Assembly: GCA_965227775.1 (NCBI GenBank)
Contig: OZ245777.1
Location: forward strand, 1,920,001 to 1,984,000
Direction of reading: 5' to 3'
Origin: Phycisphaerales bacterium
Lineage (GTDB): Bacteria; Planctomycetota; Phycisphaerae; Phycisphaerales; UBA1924
Length of the DNA: 64,000 nucleotides
The notes under the pieces were generated by a model. It had not been told where the DNA came from. It was given only the letters and a program-made list of their open reading frames with translations, and searched no databases. Below, piece after piece: positions 49,259 to 59,709 of the stretch. Each line of letters begins with the position of its first letter. The first letter of the stretch is position 1. The position numbers were made by a program, and so were the translations under genes.

Positions 49259-49900
49259 TTATTCCGGTTCCCCCGCGGCATCGGCCCGCCGCACCGCCCG
49301 GCAGAACTTCCGCACGAGGTCTGGGCTCTTTGTACCCGGGCCGCTTTCGACGCCGCTGGAAACACTGACGCCCCAGGGCCTTGCGGCTTTGACAACGCCG
49401 CCGACGTTGTCCGGTGTGAGTCCGCCGGCCAGGATGATGCGAGCCTGCGAGAGCGCGATCGGGCGGCTGAGCTTCGGTGCGAGGTCGCCCCAGTCGGCTC
49501 CGGTGGGTGCTTCTATCAAGATTGCGCAAACCTCTTCGATGCCCTGCCAATGCCGGAGCGTCGCGTCGAGGCTCGTCGCGTCGTAGCGCACGGCCTTGAT
49601 CGCGTCCGGGCCGATGCGGCGAACAAGGTTGTCCTTCTCTGAGCCGTGGAGCTGGCTGTATGGCGCGGGACAGACTGCCTCGGTGTCGAGGAAGTCGTCG
49701 AGCGTCGGGTCGGCGTAGACCGCGACGGCCGTGGTCATCGGCGGCAGCGAGGCCAGGATGTCGGCGGCGAGCTGCGGATCGACGTGGCTCGTCGCGTCGG
49801 GGCGGAAGTCGAGACCGATCGCGTCGGCGCCGGCGTCGGCTGCGATCTCTGCCGTCTTCAGGTCTCGCACGCCGCAGATCTTGATCCGGGTCCTGGGCAT
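49259..49900 (-). CDS. trpF: Phosphoribosylanthranilate isomerase-like protein (divergent)
   Basis: IKICG, GADAIG, QLHG, LAGGL.PDNV, VSSGVE. Confidence 0.8.
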   Translation of the reverse strand: MPRTRIKICGVRDLKTAEIAADAGADAIGLDFRPDATSHVDPQLAADILASLPPMTTAVAVYADPTLDDFLDTEAVCPAPYSQLHGSEKDNLVRRIGPDAIKAVRYDATSLDATLRHWQGIEEVCAILIEAPTGADWGDLAPKLSRPIALSQARIILAGGLTPDNVGGVVKAARPWGVSVSSGVESGPGTKSPDLVRKFCRAVRRADAAGEPE

Positions 49901-51069
49901 CACGTCGCCTCCTGCGAGAGCGCATCGAAGTCGCTCTGCGCAACGGCCTTGAGTTCCTCGTCCTTCAATTGGAGCAAGGCCTGCCGCAAGAGCGACCGGG
50001 CCTTGGTGGCGTCGCCCAGGTGGTCGGCCAGCACGCGGGCGAGCAGCACGCGCACCATCGGAGCCTCGTCGTCGTCGCCATGGGCCTTGAGAAAGCCCTC
50101 GTACGCGCTCGCAGCGAGCTCGTACTGGGCCTTTTGGTAGAGCGTGTTGGCTAGATCGAGCTGTGCGTCGCGGGGCAGCCTCGTGTCCGCGTCGGCGTGA
50201 TTCTCGAGGAGCTTGCGATACATCGTGGCTGCCGACCCGGGCTTGCGAGCCTTCAGCGCCCGCGCCACTCCTTCGCGCAAATCAGCGGCGGCCTCTTCGG
50301 GAGTCTTCGGCTTCTCGCGCACGGGCTTTGTGGCCATGGGCTTGTCCAGCCCGGCACTCTGCACCGCGCTGCGGATCTGGCTGCGACGACGGCGCTGGTT
50401 GATGACCGTGAACAGGTCGTAGGGCTCTCGCGGGAGCACCCGCGTGGCGAGGAGGATGAACGAGATGGCCGCCCCGTAGAGGTAGCCGGCGAAGTGTGCC
50501 TCGACCGCGACGCCGAGCCCGCCGCGCGCCCAGGTGTAGACATCCCAGGAGACGGCCAGTGCGATGAACAGCCACGCCGGCCACAGCGACACGCTCACGA
50601 ACAAGATAAAGAAGACTTTCACGTGGGCGCGTGGGAACATGACGAGGTACGCGCCGGTGCAGCACGCGACGGCTCCCGAGGCCCCAATCACGCCGTCGTT
50701 GCTGAAGAGCGCGTGCGCCCCGGCGGTGGCGACCGCTCCGATGAGGTAGAACCCCGCGAAGCCCAGGTGACCAAAGCGATCCTCGACGGCTTGCGCGAAC
50801 ACCCAGAGGAAGACCATGTTTCCCAGCAGGTGCAGCGGACCGCCGTGTAAGAAGGCGTAGCTCAGCCAGGTCCACCAGGGGCTGTAGCCCGGCAGGAGCA
50901 CGAACCGGCCCACCTCGCCGCTCACCGGTGAGAGCGGGTCCTTGGTGACGGCCGACTGAACGAGGAACGCCACGACGTTAAGCATCAGCAGCGCATAGGT
51001 CACCACCGGCGTACGGCGGAGGGGTCGGTCGGTGCCCAGGGGGATTAGCACGGCCGATGGTACCGCCAT
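49900..51069 (-). CDS. Rhomboid intramembrane serine protease with C-terminal TPR-like domain
   Basis: FLHGG..HLLGNM, VEDRFG, GASGA (Ser), AHFAG (His); helical repeats at the C-terminus. Confidence 0.88.
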   Translation of the reverse strand: MAVPSAVLIPLGTDRPLRRTPVVTYALLMLNVVAFLVQSAVTKDPLSPVSGEVGRFVLLPGYSPWWTWLSYAFLHGGPLHLLGNMVFLWVFAQAVEDRFGHLGFAGFYLIGAVATAGAHALFSNDGVIGASGAVACCTGAYLVMFPRAHVKVFFILFVSVSLWPAWLFIALAVSWDVYTWARGGLGVAVEAHFAGYLYGAAISFILLATRVLPREPYDLFTVINQRRRRSQIRSAVQSAGLDKPMATKPVREKPKTPEEAAADLREGVARALKARKPGSAATMYRKLLENHADADTRLPRDAQLDLANTLYQKAQYELAASAYEGFLKAHGDDDEAPMVRVLLARVLADHLGDATKARSLLRQALLQLKDEELKAVAQSDFDALSQEAT

Positions 51070-51226
51070 GCATGCTGCCCGTACCGCAATGGGGCTCGCA
51101 GGCCCGCGGACAGCCCGCATCGGGCGTTCCCCGGGCGAGCAGCCCGGCTAGACTGCCGACCTTCGGCCCGGTTCAGCCGGGCTACGAGACAACCCCCAAA
51201 CTTCGCCCGCAGGAGGATCGCAGAAG

Positions 51227-52357
51227 ATGCCCGAGTTCAGCAAAGGCCTGGAAGGCGTCGTCGCCGCCGAGACCGAGATGTCCTTCATCGACGGGCAGCA
51301 GGGGGTATTGGAGTACGTCGGCATCGCCATCGGCGAACTAGCCCACTCATCGACGTTCGAAGAGACGGTCTACCTCCTCTGGAACAAGAAGCTGCCGACC
51401 CAGGCCGAACTCGATGCGTTCACCAAGGACCTGCGGGCCAACTACGACCCGCCAGCCGGCGTGCTGGAGATGGTCAAGGGCATGCCCAAGGACGCCCAGC
51501 CGATGCACGTGCTGCGGACGCTGGTGAGCGCCCTTTCGCTGTTCGACCCCACGCCGAACGCCAACGACGTGCCCGCTGCCCGTGAGAAGGCCTTGAAGAT
51601 CCTCGCCGCCACGCCGGCCATCGTTGCCGCGTTCGACCGCCATCGCCGCGGTGAACAGTTCGTGCCCGCTGACAAGTCCCTGGGATTCAGCGAGAACTTC
51701 ATGTACATGCTCAACGGCGAGAAGCCCACCGCCGCGATGGCTCGCGCGTTCGACATCTGCATGATCACGCACGCAGACCACGGCCTCAACAACTCGACCT
51801 TCACCGCGCGCGTCGTGATCTCGACGCTGAGCGATCTCTATAGCGCGATGACGGCTGCCATCGGTAGCCTCCGCGGTCCGCTGCACGGCGGCGCCAACGA
51901 GGGCGTCATGGTCATGCTCAACGAGCTCAAGAGCGTTGACGAGGCCGAGGCCTACGTCATGAACAAACTCAAGAACAAGGACCGGATCATGGGCTTCGGC
52001 CACCGCGTCTACAAAGCCAAGGACCCGCGCGCCAGCGAACTCCAGACCTTGGCCAAGCAGCTCGCCGAGGACACCGGCAACATGGATCTTTATGAGAAGA
52101 GCCATGCGATCGAAGTGGTCATGGAGCGCGAGGTGGCGAAGAAGGGCATCTATCCCAATGTCGACTTCTACAGCGCCACAACGTACCACTGCATCGGCCT
52201 GAAGCTCGATCTGTTCACTCCGATGTTCGCCCTCAGCCGCCTGGCCGGCTGGAGCGGCCACGTCATCGAGCAGCTCGAAGACAACCGCCTGTTCCGTCCC
52301 ACGACGAACTACGTCGGGCCGCACAAGGTTGCGTATTCGGCGATCGAGAAGCGATAA
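51227..52357 (+). CDS. gltA: Citrate synthase (short type I / methylcitrate synthase family)
   Basis: KGLEGV, ADHG.N.STF, GPLHGGANE, MGFGHRVY, PNVDFYS. Confidence 0.93.
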   Translation: MPEFSKGLEGVVAAETEMSFIDGQQGVLEYVGIAIGELAHSSTFEETVYLLWNKKLPTQAELDAFTKDLRANYDPPAGVLEMVKGMPKDAQPMHVLRTLVSALSLFDPTPNANDVPAAREKALKILAATPAIVAAFDRHRRGEQFVPADKSLGFSENFMYMLNGEKPTAAMARAFDICMITHADHGLNNSTFTARVVISTLSDLYSAMTAAIGSLRGPLHGGANEGVMVMLNELKSVDEAEAYVMNKLKNKDRIMGFGHRVYKAKDPRASELQTLAKQLAEDTGNMDLYEKSHAIEVVMEREVAKKGIYPNVDFYSATTYHCIGLKLDLFTPMFALSRLAGWSGHVIEQLEDNRLFRPTTNYVGPHKVAYSAIEKR

Positions 52358-52381
52358 GGCAACGATCATGCCCTGTGAGCA

Positions 52382-52407
52382 AGGCTCCGCGAAAGCGGGG
52401 CTTTTTT
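52382..52407 (+). terminator. Rho-independent terminator
   Basis: AGGCTCCGC-GAAA-GCGGGGCTT then T-run. Confidence 0.75.
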
Positions 52408-52432
52408 GATGGCCCCGACCATATCATGGACC

Positions 52433-53974
52433 ATGCTGAAGTCACTGCTCGCCGTGTTGTTCCTGGCCGTGCTTACCTCTCCCTCGATCGCGCAGGTGCC
52501 GGCCGAATCCGAGTCGCCCACTGCCAAGGCCACCTTCCAGCGATACCCAGACGCGCCCAGCGTCACGCGGCACAGCGTCGAGATCAGCGGCCAAACCACC
52601 CACTACGAGGCGACTGCCGACACCATCACGCTCGTCGACGACAACGGCGATCCGACGGCGAGCCTGTTCTATATGGCCTACCGCAAAATCGAAGGCGGCG
52701 CCGACAGCGCTCAGTTCCCGGATCCTGCCGACCGGCCGATCACATTCAGCTTCAATGGTGGCCCTGGCTCCAGCAGCGTGTGGCTTCATCTGGGCATCTT
52801 CGGCCCGCGTCGTGTGCAATACGCCGATGAAGTCGGCAACCCCGGTGCGCCGCCATACGCCGTGATTCCCAATGCGCACAGCCTGCTCGACAAGAGCGAC
52901 TTCGTGTTTATTGATCCGGTCTCGACTGGCTACTCGCGGGCCGAGGGTGAGACCAGCGAGAAGCGATTCCACGGGCTCGAGAGCGACCTGGATTCGGTCG
53001 CCGACTTCATCCGCACGTACCTCACACGAGAGCAGCGGTGGGGCAGCCCGAAGATCATCGCCGGCGAGAGCTACGGCACCACACGCGCCGCCGGCCTGAT
53101 GCAGCGACTGCACAGCCGCCACGGCATCGCGACGACCGGCGTGCTGCTCATCAGCCCCGTGCTCGAGTTCCAGACGATCCGCTTCGGTGACGGCAACGAC
53201 TTGCCGTTCCCGATGTTCCTGCCGAGCTATTCCGCGACGGCCCACTACCACGAGGCGTTGCCGCAGAAGTGGCAGGAGCGCCCGGTCGAGGACGTCATCG
53301 CCGAGGCCCGCCGTTTTGCGCTCGACGACTATCTGCCGGCATTGCTCCGCGGTGCGAGCCTGAGCGAGGCCGAGCGCAACCGCGTGCGTACGACGCTCAG
53401 CGAGCTCACGGGCCTCAGCCCGCAGTACCTCGAGGATGCCGACCTGCGCATCAGCCAGGGGCGGTTCAGCAAGGAGTTGCTCCGCCACCGCGGAAAGACC
53501 GTGGGCCGTCTCGACGCCCGATTCCTCGGCATCGACGGCGATCATGTTGGCGAGCGATACGAGTACGACGCTAGCTACGAAGCGATCCGCAGCAACTACA
53601 CCGAAGCCCTCAACGCCTACGTCCGCGGCGAGCTTGGTTACGAGAGCGACCTGCCCTACGAGATCCTCACCAGCGTGTGGCCGTGGGACTACGGCAGCGC
53701 CGGTCGCGATCGGTATGTGAGCGTGGCCGACCGCCTGCGTGACGCCATGCACCGCCAGCCGCACGCGCGCGTCTTCGTCGCGATGGGCCACCACGATCTG
53801 GCCACGCCGTTCTTCGCCGCCGAGACGACGCTGAACCGCATGCAGCTCGACCCCGAGTATCGCGATCGCGTCGACCTGGCTTACTACCCCGCCGGCCACA
53901 TGATGTACGTCCACCAGCCCTCGCTCGAGAAGATGAAGGCCGACCTGGACGCGTTCTACGACAGTCTGCCGTAA
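52433..53974 (+). CDS. Secreted S10 family serine carboxypeptidase
   Basis: FNGGPGSSS, IDPVSTGYS, GESYG, AGHMMY. Confidence 0.93.
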   Translation: MLKSLLAVLFLAVLTSPSIAQVPAESESPTAKATFQRYPDAPSVTRHSVEISGQTTHYEATADTITLVDDNGDPTASLFYMAYRKIEGGADSAQFPDPADRPITFSFNGGPGSSSVWLHLGIFGPRRVQYADEVGNPGAPPYAVIPNAHSLLDKSDFVFIDPVSTGYSRAEGETSEKRFHGLESDLDSVADFIRTYLTREQRWGSPKIIAGESYGTTRAAGLMQRLHSRHGIATTGVLLISPVLEFQTIRFGDGNDLPFPMFLPSYSATAHYHEALPQKWQERPVEDVIAEARRFALDDYLPALLRGASLSEAERNRVRTTLSELTGLSPQYLEDADLRISQGRFSKELLRHRGKTVGRLDARFLGIDGDHVGERYEYDASYEAIRSNYTEALNAYVRGELGYESDLPYEILTSVWPWDYGSAGRDRYVSVADRLRDAMHRQPHARVFVAMGHHDLATPFFAAETTLNRMQLDPEYRDRVDLAYYPAGHMMYVHQPSLEKMKADLDAFYDSLP

Positions 53975-53980
53975 CTTGGA

Positions 53981-55387
53981 TCAGACCGTTCGGGCCGGTG
54001 TGACGATTCCCCGGCACTCGCCGAAGCCGATGCGCCGGAAGCCGTCGCGCTCGCAGTAGCCCTTGATGATCACCTCGTCGCCGTCGGCCAGGAACTTGCG
54101 TTCTTCGCCGGTGGGCAGGGTGATGGGCGTGCGGTCGGTGCCCGGGACGAGCTTCGGCGGGCTGGCGAACGCGTCGCCGTTCCAGGTCAGCTCGAGCAGG
54201 CAGCCACGGCTGTCCTTGGTCTTGCCCGAAACCGTGCCGCTGGCCAGCAGGTCGCCCGGCTGCATGTTGCAGCCGTTGGAGCTGTGGTGGGTCAGCATCT
54301 GGGCGAGCGTCCAGTACATGTCTTTGAAGTTGCCGCTGCTGATCTTGAGCGGGTCCATACCCTTGCTGCGCATCTGTTCGCTGGCGAGGAAGACCTCGAG
54401 TGTGATGTCGAAGCCGCCCGCGGCGGTGTTGGCATCGCTGGCAAGGTAAGGCAGTGGGGATGGATCGCCGGCGTCGCGCGCGAACGCGGCCGTGCGGAAG
54501 GGAGCGAGCGCCTCCATCGTCACGATGTAGGGGCTCACCGTCGTCGCGAAGCTCTTGGCCAGGAAGGGGCCAAGCGGCTGGTACTCCCACTTCTGAAGAT
54601 CGCGGGCCGACCAGTCATTGACCAGGCACAGGCCCAGCATGTGCTTCTCGGCGTCGGCAATGTCGATGACGTCACCAAGCTCGTTGCCGCGCCCGACGAC
54701 CACGCCCATTTCCAGCTCGTAGTCGAGCAGCTTGCACGGCCCGAAGCCCGGCGCGCTGCCATCCTCGGCCGGGGCTTGCTGACCGACCGGCCGGCGCACG
54801 TCGGTGCCGTTGGCGACGATGCTCGACGCCCGGCCGTGGTAGCCGATGGGGATGTGCTTGTAGTTGGGCAGCAGCGGGTTGTCAGGCCGAAACATGCTGC
54901 CGACGCTGGTGGCGTGGTAGAGGGAGGCGTAGAAATCGGTGTAGTCGCCCAAGTCCATGAGCGGCACGCCCAACGACACTTCGTCGACAGGCAGAACGAT
55001 CTGTTCGCGATCGGGATGATCGCGCAGCGTCGGGTTGTCCTTCTTGAGCAAGTCCTGCACAATCCTGCGGACGCGGCCAGATAGCCCCTGTTCGGCAAGG
55101 TCTTCAACGAAGAGCCACTGCCACTCATCGTCGGTGTCGTCGACAATCTCAAGGTGCGCGAGCATGTCGAGCACGAGCACCATGTCACCGATCCGCACCG
55201 CCGGATGCACGCTCATCGCGTCGGGCTCGTCTTCCACAGGCGCAGCGATCATGCACAGCGGCAGATTCTGAATCGGAAAGTCCGTCGCCGGGTCGTTGGC
55301 GCTCTCGACCCAGCTCTCCAGCTTCGGGTCGTGGGTCTCGTCGATGGGCCAAGCTGGATGGTGGGGGGAGTGCTGGGGCGGCGTCAT
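53981..55387 (-). CDS. fahA: Fumarylacetoacetase
   Basis: DFPIQNLP, DYTDFYAS, PIGYHGRASS, LDYELE, NDWSARD.Q.WEY.PLGPF. Confidence 0.94.
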   Translation of the reverse strand: MTPPQHSPHHPAWPIDETHDPKLESWVESANDPATDFPIQNLPLCMIAAPVEDEPDAMSVHPAVRIGDMVLVLDMLAHLEIVDDTDDEWQWLFVEDLAEQGLSGRVRRIVQDLLKKDNPTLRDHPDREQIVLPVDEVSLGVPLMDLGDYTDFYASLYHATSVGSMFRPDNPLLPNYKHIPIGYHGRASSIVANGTDVRRPVGQQAPAEDGSAPGFGPCKLLDYELEMGVVVGRGNELGDVIDIADAEKHMLGLCLVNDWSARDLQKWEYQPLGPFLAKSFATTVSPYIVTMEALAPFRTAAFARDAGDPSPLPYLASDANTAAGGFDITLEVFLASEQMRSKGMDPLKISSGNFKDMYWTLAQMLTHHSSNGCNMQPGDLLASGTVSGKTKDSRGCLLELTWNGDAFASPPKLVPGTDRTPITLPTGEERKFLADGDEVIIKGYCERDGFRRIGFGECRGIVTPARTV

Positions 55388-55489
55388 GCGTGGTCCTTCG
55401 AGATCCATGGAAGCGAGATGGGACAAACAAGGCACGCCACGCTCGGTGCGCGACGTGCCATGGTAGAGCCCGCCTGGGTCCGCGTCGGC

Positions 55490-56917
55490 CTACTCGCAGC
55501 CCGAGTCGAACTCGGTCTGGAACGCCAGGAAGTCGAACAGCGTGAGATCGCCGTCCCCATCGAAGTCGGCGATGGGGTCGCCCGCGTCGAAGGCCGTCTG
55601 GAATGCGAGGAAGTCGAAGATGGTCAGCGAGCTGTCGCCGTCCAGGTCGGGCCTGCAGGCGACCTCGCCCGCCTCGAAGAGGAACGCCGAGCCCGCGCCG
55701 GACACGCCATCGGCGCTGCGGAAGCGCGCGCCCGCGAGCACGCGGCCTTCGCTCGCCGCCAGGCCCTGGCCCAGGCGGTCGCCGGACTCGGGCGCCCGCA
55801 ATTCCAGCCGCTGGGCGAGCGGCCACAATGGCTCGCCGCCGGGGCCGAGCTCGCGCTCGAAGGCGTAGACGGCACCACGATTCGTGATGGAGTCGAAGGT
55901 CGCGGTCTGGTCGCCGACAATCAGCCGCACGCCCTCGCCCGCGCTAGCGGCCGAAGGGTCCAGGTGCACCTGCGAGCCGAATTGCGGAGAGCCTCCACTG
56001 CTTGGCCGCACCTCGGCCTCCTGTACCCAGCCGTCGCCCTCGGGCCGGTAGACGAACGCGCGGGCCTTGGCCGTGCCGACCGCGATCCACCCGTCCTTCA
56101 CGTCGACCGACACGCCGTAGTAGAGGTCGCGGCCGGGGATGTCGACCGAGAGCTCGGCGGCCTCGACCCATCGCGAGCCCTCGCGACGGAAGACCCACGC
56201 GCGGCCCTCGAAGAGCCGATCGCTGCGCCGCGTCGCGAAGGGCGCGCCAACGACGGCCAGATCGCCGTCGATGGCAACGGCGCGGCCGAGCTGATCGCCC
56301 ATCTGCAGGCCGGTGGGACGGAGCTTCTGCACCTCGAAGAATGTCGTCCCGCTGCGCTCGAAGACGTAGGCGCCGCCGCTGCTCGTCCCCGCGTCGTCGT
56401 CGAACTTCGCGCCCGCGACGAAGTACGCGCCGTCGTCGGTCAGGTCGACATCGGTGCCGAAGTTGTCGAGCTGTTGGAAGTCGCTCGCGTTCACTCGTCC
56501 GCGGCTTTGCCACCCACCGTCGCGACGCTGGTACAGGTACACCACCCCCTGGTTGAAGTCGGTGATGTCCGTCGCCGGTGCGCCGACGATGAGCCACTCA
56601 CCGCCGATGGAGAGTGACTCGCCGAACGCGCCCGGTTCGGGAACGGTGAGTATGTCGAGCGGCACGAACTCGCCGGTGGCATCGAGCTCGTAGGTGTACA
56701 CAGTCTCGGTCAGGAACGTCGCAACCCCCGCATCGACGCCGAAGAGCGCGACCGCCGAGCCGAAGGCGTCGTTGGCGGTCAATGCTGGCGCCGTGAGTTC
56801 CTGCGTTTGGCTGTATTCTACTTGTGCGCAGGCGTGGCCCGCAACGCAGCCGACACCGGCCACAAAGGCTGCCTTGGTGCATCGAGTCGAGATAAGCCCG
56901 CTCTTCTGCTTGCGCAT
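55490..56917 (-). CDS. Secreted FG-GAP repeat (beta-propeller) protein with GC-type dockerin
   Basis: Repeated FG..V.....VGA...G.(V/A)Y units; dockerin ending SGCE. Confidence 0.88.
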   Translation of the reverse strand: MRKQKSGLISTRCTKAAFVAGVGCVAGHACAQVEYSQTQELTAPALTANDAFGSAVALFGVDAGVATFLTETVYTYELDATGEFVPLDILTVPEPGAFGESLSIGGEWLIVGAPATDITDFNQGVVYLYQRRDGGWQSRGRVNASDFQQLDNFGTDVDLTDDGAYFVAGAKFDDDAGTSSGGAYVFERSGTTFFEVQKLRPTGLQMGDQLGRAVAIDGDLAVVGAPFATRRSDRLFEGRAWVFRREGSRWVEAAELSVDIPGRDLYYGVSVDVKDGWIAVGTAKARAFVYRPEGDGWVQEAEVRPSSGGSPQFGSQVHLDPSAASAGEGVRLIVGDQTATFDSITNRGAVYAFERELGPGGEPLWPLAQRLELRAPESGDRLGQGLAASEGRVLAGARFRSADGVSGAGSAFLFEAGEVACRPDLDGDSSLTIFDFLAFQTAFDAGDPIADFDGDGDLTLFDFLAFQTEFDSGCE

Positions 56918-57076
56918 GTCGATCCTCCCTCTCTTCGTCGCCTTCTTCGCTACGCCATGCTTGGGCCAGGGATCCGTTTCCGCAGTGCGAGATAGGGGCA
57001 GCCCGGGCCCGCATCGGCTCTTAGAAGGCCCCTGGGCCCCACACGGCCCGCCGGCCTCGCTATATTGCCAGTTCCC

Positions 57077-58984
57077 ATGGCCGACTCCGCCGCCAGCCCG
57101 GGCTTCCTGCCGACGCTCGCCAAGCGCCTGCGCCTGAAGCGCGAGTGGTACGTCGTTGCGATGGGAGCGGTCGTCGGCACGCTGACGGGCCTGGGCACGC
57201 TGGGCTTCGCCGAGGCCCTGCACTACGCCGAGAAGCAGGTGCGGCACGCTCAGATCGAGCTGCCCGTGTGGCTGCTGTTCCTGGGACCGGTCGTGGGCAT
57301 GGCGCTCACGGGCGTGCTCGTGCGCCTCTTCGCGAGCGACGCGAAGGGCCACGGTGTGCCCCAGGTCATGCGGGCGCTGATCGAGAAGGGCGGGCACATT
57401 CCGGCGCGGGTCGGCCTGACGAAGGTCGCCGCCAGCATCGCGACCGTCGCCAGCGGTGGGTCGGCCGGTACCGAGGGCCCCATCGTGCAGATCGGCGCGA
57501 CGGCGGGCTCGGTTGTTGGTCAGCGGTTGGGCGTCGGCCGCGAGCAGATGATGACCCTCGTTGGCTGCGGCGCGGCGGCGGGCATCAGCGCCATTTTCAA
57601 CGCGCCGATCGCCGGCGTGTTCTTTGCGCTCGAGATCCTGCTGCGTGACTTCTCGCTGAAGACCTTCACGCCCATCGTCGTGTCGGCCGTCTTCGCCGCG
57701 GCCGTGACGCACATGGCGCAGGGCCAGAACGAGGCGATCTTCACGGTTACGACGTTCGAGAACCTGACGTTCACGGCCCTGGAGTTTCCCAACTACATCG
57801 TGCTGGGCCTGCTCTGCGGCCTGCTCGCGGTCGGCTTTAACCGTGGCCTGCACGCCTGCGAAGACCTGTACGCCCGTCTGAAGCTGCACTGGTTCGTCGC
57901 GCCGATCACGGGCGCGCTCATCCTGGGTGTGCTGGGCATCGCCTGGATCTACATGGTCCGCGCTGCCGGGGGCGACCCCGCCAGCGAGGCAACCGATATC
58001 CCCAGCTTCTTTGGCAACGGCTACGAGACTATCCGCTGGCTGCTCGAACCCACCAGCTACGGCGCGGCGGCCGAGGTCGTGGGTGCCTCGGCGCACGCTG
58101 GTGACGACGCGGCTGCACATGATGGCCACGCCAGCGCGGCGTTGCCCATGGCGATCTGGCTGATCGCGTTGCTGGTTGTCTTTAAGGCAGCCGCGACGTG
58201 CGTGACGCTGTCGAGCGGCGGCTCGGGCGGCGTATTCGCGCCGAGCCTGTTCATTGGCGCCGCCGGCGGTGCGGCCCTGGGTGTGGCGCTCGACCGCATC
58301 GGCCTCTTGCCCGCACAGAGCAGCCCGGCCGCATACGCCCTGGTCGGCATGGCCGCCGTCGTCGCTGGCAGCACGCACGGCCCGCTGACGGCGATCCTCA
58401 TGCTGTTCGAACTGACGCGCGACCCCTACGTGCTGCTGCCCATCATGCTGGCGGCGGTCGTCGCGACGCTGCTGAGCCAGGCGATCGACCGCGACAATAT
58501 CTACACGCACCCGCTCCGCCGCGCGGGCCTGCGCATCGGCCGCACGGGTGACCTGGCGATCCTCCGCAAGATCTCGGCGACGAGCGTTCCCGTCGTTCCA
58601 TTGCCGGGCGAGCCGGTCTACGCCAGCGACCCGCTCAGCAAGCTCATCACGCTGCACGCCAACAGCCGCGTGCCCGACTTCGTCGTCGTCGACAGCCAGG
58701 GCGACCACATCGGCATGGTGACCGGCCGAGACATGCGCACCGCGCTGATCGATCGCGAGGCCATTCCGCTCTTGCTGGTTGCCGAGCTCATGCGCAGCGA
58801 CCTGCCGGTGGTTTTGACCACCGACACGCTCGACCTCGTGCTCGAACGCTTCGAGGACGATGACATCGCTAGTCTTCCGCTGCTGGGGCCGCCCGACCTC
58901 ACGGGTCATCGACGACCGCTTGGCCTCGTCACTCGCGCAGCCGTGCTCGAGCGGTACCGCCGAGCGCTCGAAGAAGAACTCTAA
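57077..58984 (+). CDS. ClC chloride channel family protein with CBS domains
   Basis: GHGVP, GSAGTEGP, FNAPIAG, GGVFAP, IYT, C-terminal CBS pair. Confidence 0.92.
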   Translation: MADSAASPGFLPTLAKRLRLKREWYVVAMGAVVGTLTGLGTLGFAEALHYAEKQVRHAQIELPVWLLFLGPVVGMALTGVLVRLFASDAKGHGVPQVMRALIEKGGHIPARVGLTKVAASIATVASGGSAGTEGPIVQIGATAGSVVGQRLGVGREQMMTLVGCGAAAGISAIFNAPIAGVFFALEILLRDFSLKTFTPIVVSAVFAAAVTHMAQGQNEAIFTVTTFENLTFTALEFPNYIVLGLLCGLLAVGFNRGLHACEDLYARLKLHWFVAPITGALILGVLGIAWIYMVRAAGGDPASEATDIPSFFGNGYETIRWLLEPTSYGAAAEVVGASAHAGDDAAAHDGHASAALPMAIWLIALLVVFKAAATCVTLSSGGSGGVFAPSLFIGAAGGAALGVALDRIGLLPAQSSPAAYALVGMAAVVAGSTHGPLTAILMLFELTRDPYVLLPIMLAAVVATLLSQAIDRDNIYTHPLRRAGLRIGRTGDLAILRKISATSVPVVPLPGEPVYASDPLSKLITLHANSRVPDFVVVDSQGDHIGMVTGRDMRTALIDREAIPLLLVAELMRSDLPVVLTTDTLDLVLERFEDDDIASLPLLGPPDLTGHRRPLGLVTRAAVLERYRRALEEEL

Positions 58985-59061
58985 GTACGACGAGCCCGCG
59001 TCCGTTGCGAACGCGGGCTCGTACTCGACTTCTCTCTATCTCCGTCTGCTTTGGGCTCTAC

Positions 59062-59517
59062 TCAGAAGTCCATGCCGTAGTAGAAGCGGCTCTCCACGAT
59101 CTTGCCGTCCTTGACTTTGTACACGCAGGCTTCCTGCATGTCCATGCGCTGGTTGGCCATCGGGCCGACCTTGGGCGTGCAGTCCATACGCATGAAGCAG
59201 GCGAACTCGTCGCCGAGCGGGTAGGGCCCTTGCACGTCGCCGCCATGGATCTCGTGGTTCGCAAAGAACCAGTCGCTGCTCTCGAGCAACTGGGCCTTGC
59301 TGGTGGGGCCGGCGGCTTGGGCCTTCTTCGCGTCCTCCGGCATGTCGTCGTAGCCGGGCATTTGGGTGCAGTCCATCGCCTCGATCACGTTCACCGTGTC
59401 GGCGTAGAGCTCCTCGATGGCCTTGCGGTTCTCGCCCTGCTGGCACAGCTCGACGAGCCGCTTGCCGACCTTCATGCTCTCCCGGGTCTTGCTCGCGTCA
59501 ATGGTGGTCGCGCTCAT
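59062..59517 (-). CDS. SnoaL-like / NTF2-like protein
   Basis: RLVELC, ELYAD, VYKVKDGKIVESRFYY. Confidence 0.85.
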   Translation of the reverse strand: MSATTIDASKTRESMKVGKRLVELCQQGENRKAIEELYADTVNVIEAMDCTQMPGYDDMPEDAKKAQAAGPTSKAQLLESSDWFFANHEIHGGDVQGPYPLGDEFACFMRMDCTPKVGPMANQRMDMQEACVYKVKDGKIVESRFYYGMDF

Positions 59518-59709
59518 GGTCTTTCTCCGTCTTGGGCCGGCGTGCTGCCGGTGGTGGGGTGGGTGCGGGGGTTCTCCAGCCCCCGGTCAGGGATGCTACC
59601 CCTGCCCCGGCCTTTGGTCGAGTGTTTTGTTTGGTATTTACAAGGATATAAAAGTGAAGCGGCTGCCCGCGTACGGACAGCCGCATGCAAATCTCTTATT
59701 GACAGTGAC

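Noticed and set aside
49900..51069. Rhomboid as the sorting enzyme for GC-dockerin proteins
   Set aside because: The tags have no transmembrane helix for a rhomboid to cleave, and there is no genetic linkage
56918..58909. N-terminal 664 aa of the 1139-aa minus-strand ORF
   Set aside because: Antisense shadow of the ClC gene; the real FG-GAP protein starts at 56917 with RBS and signal peptide
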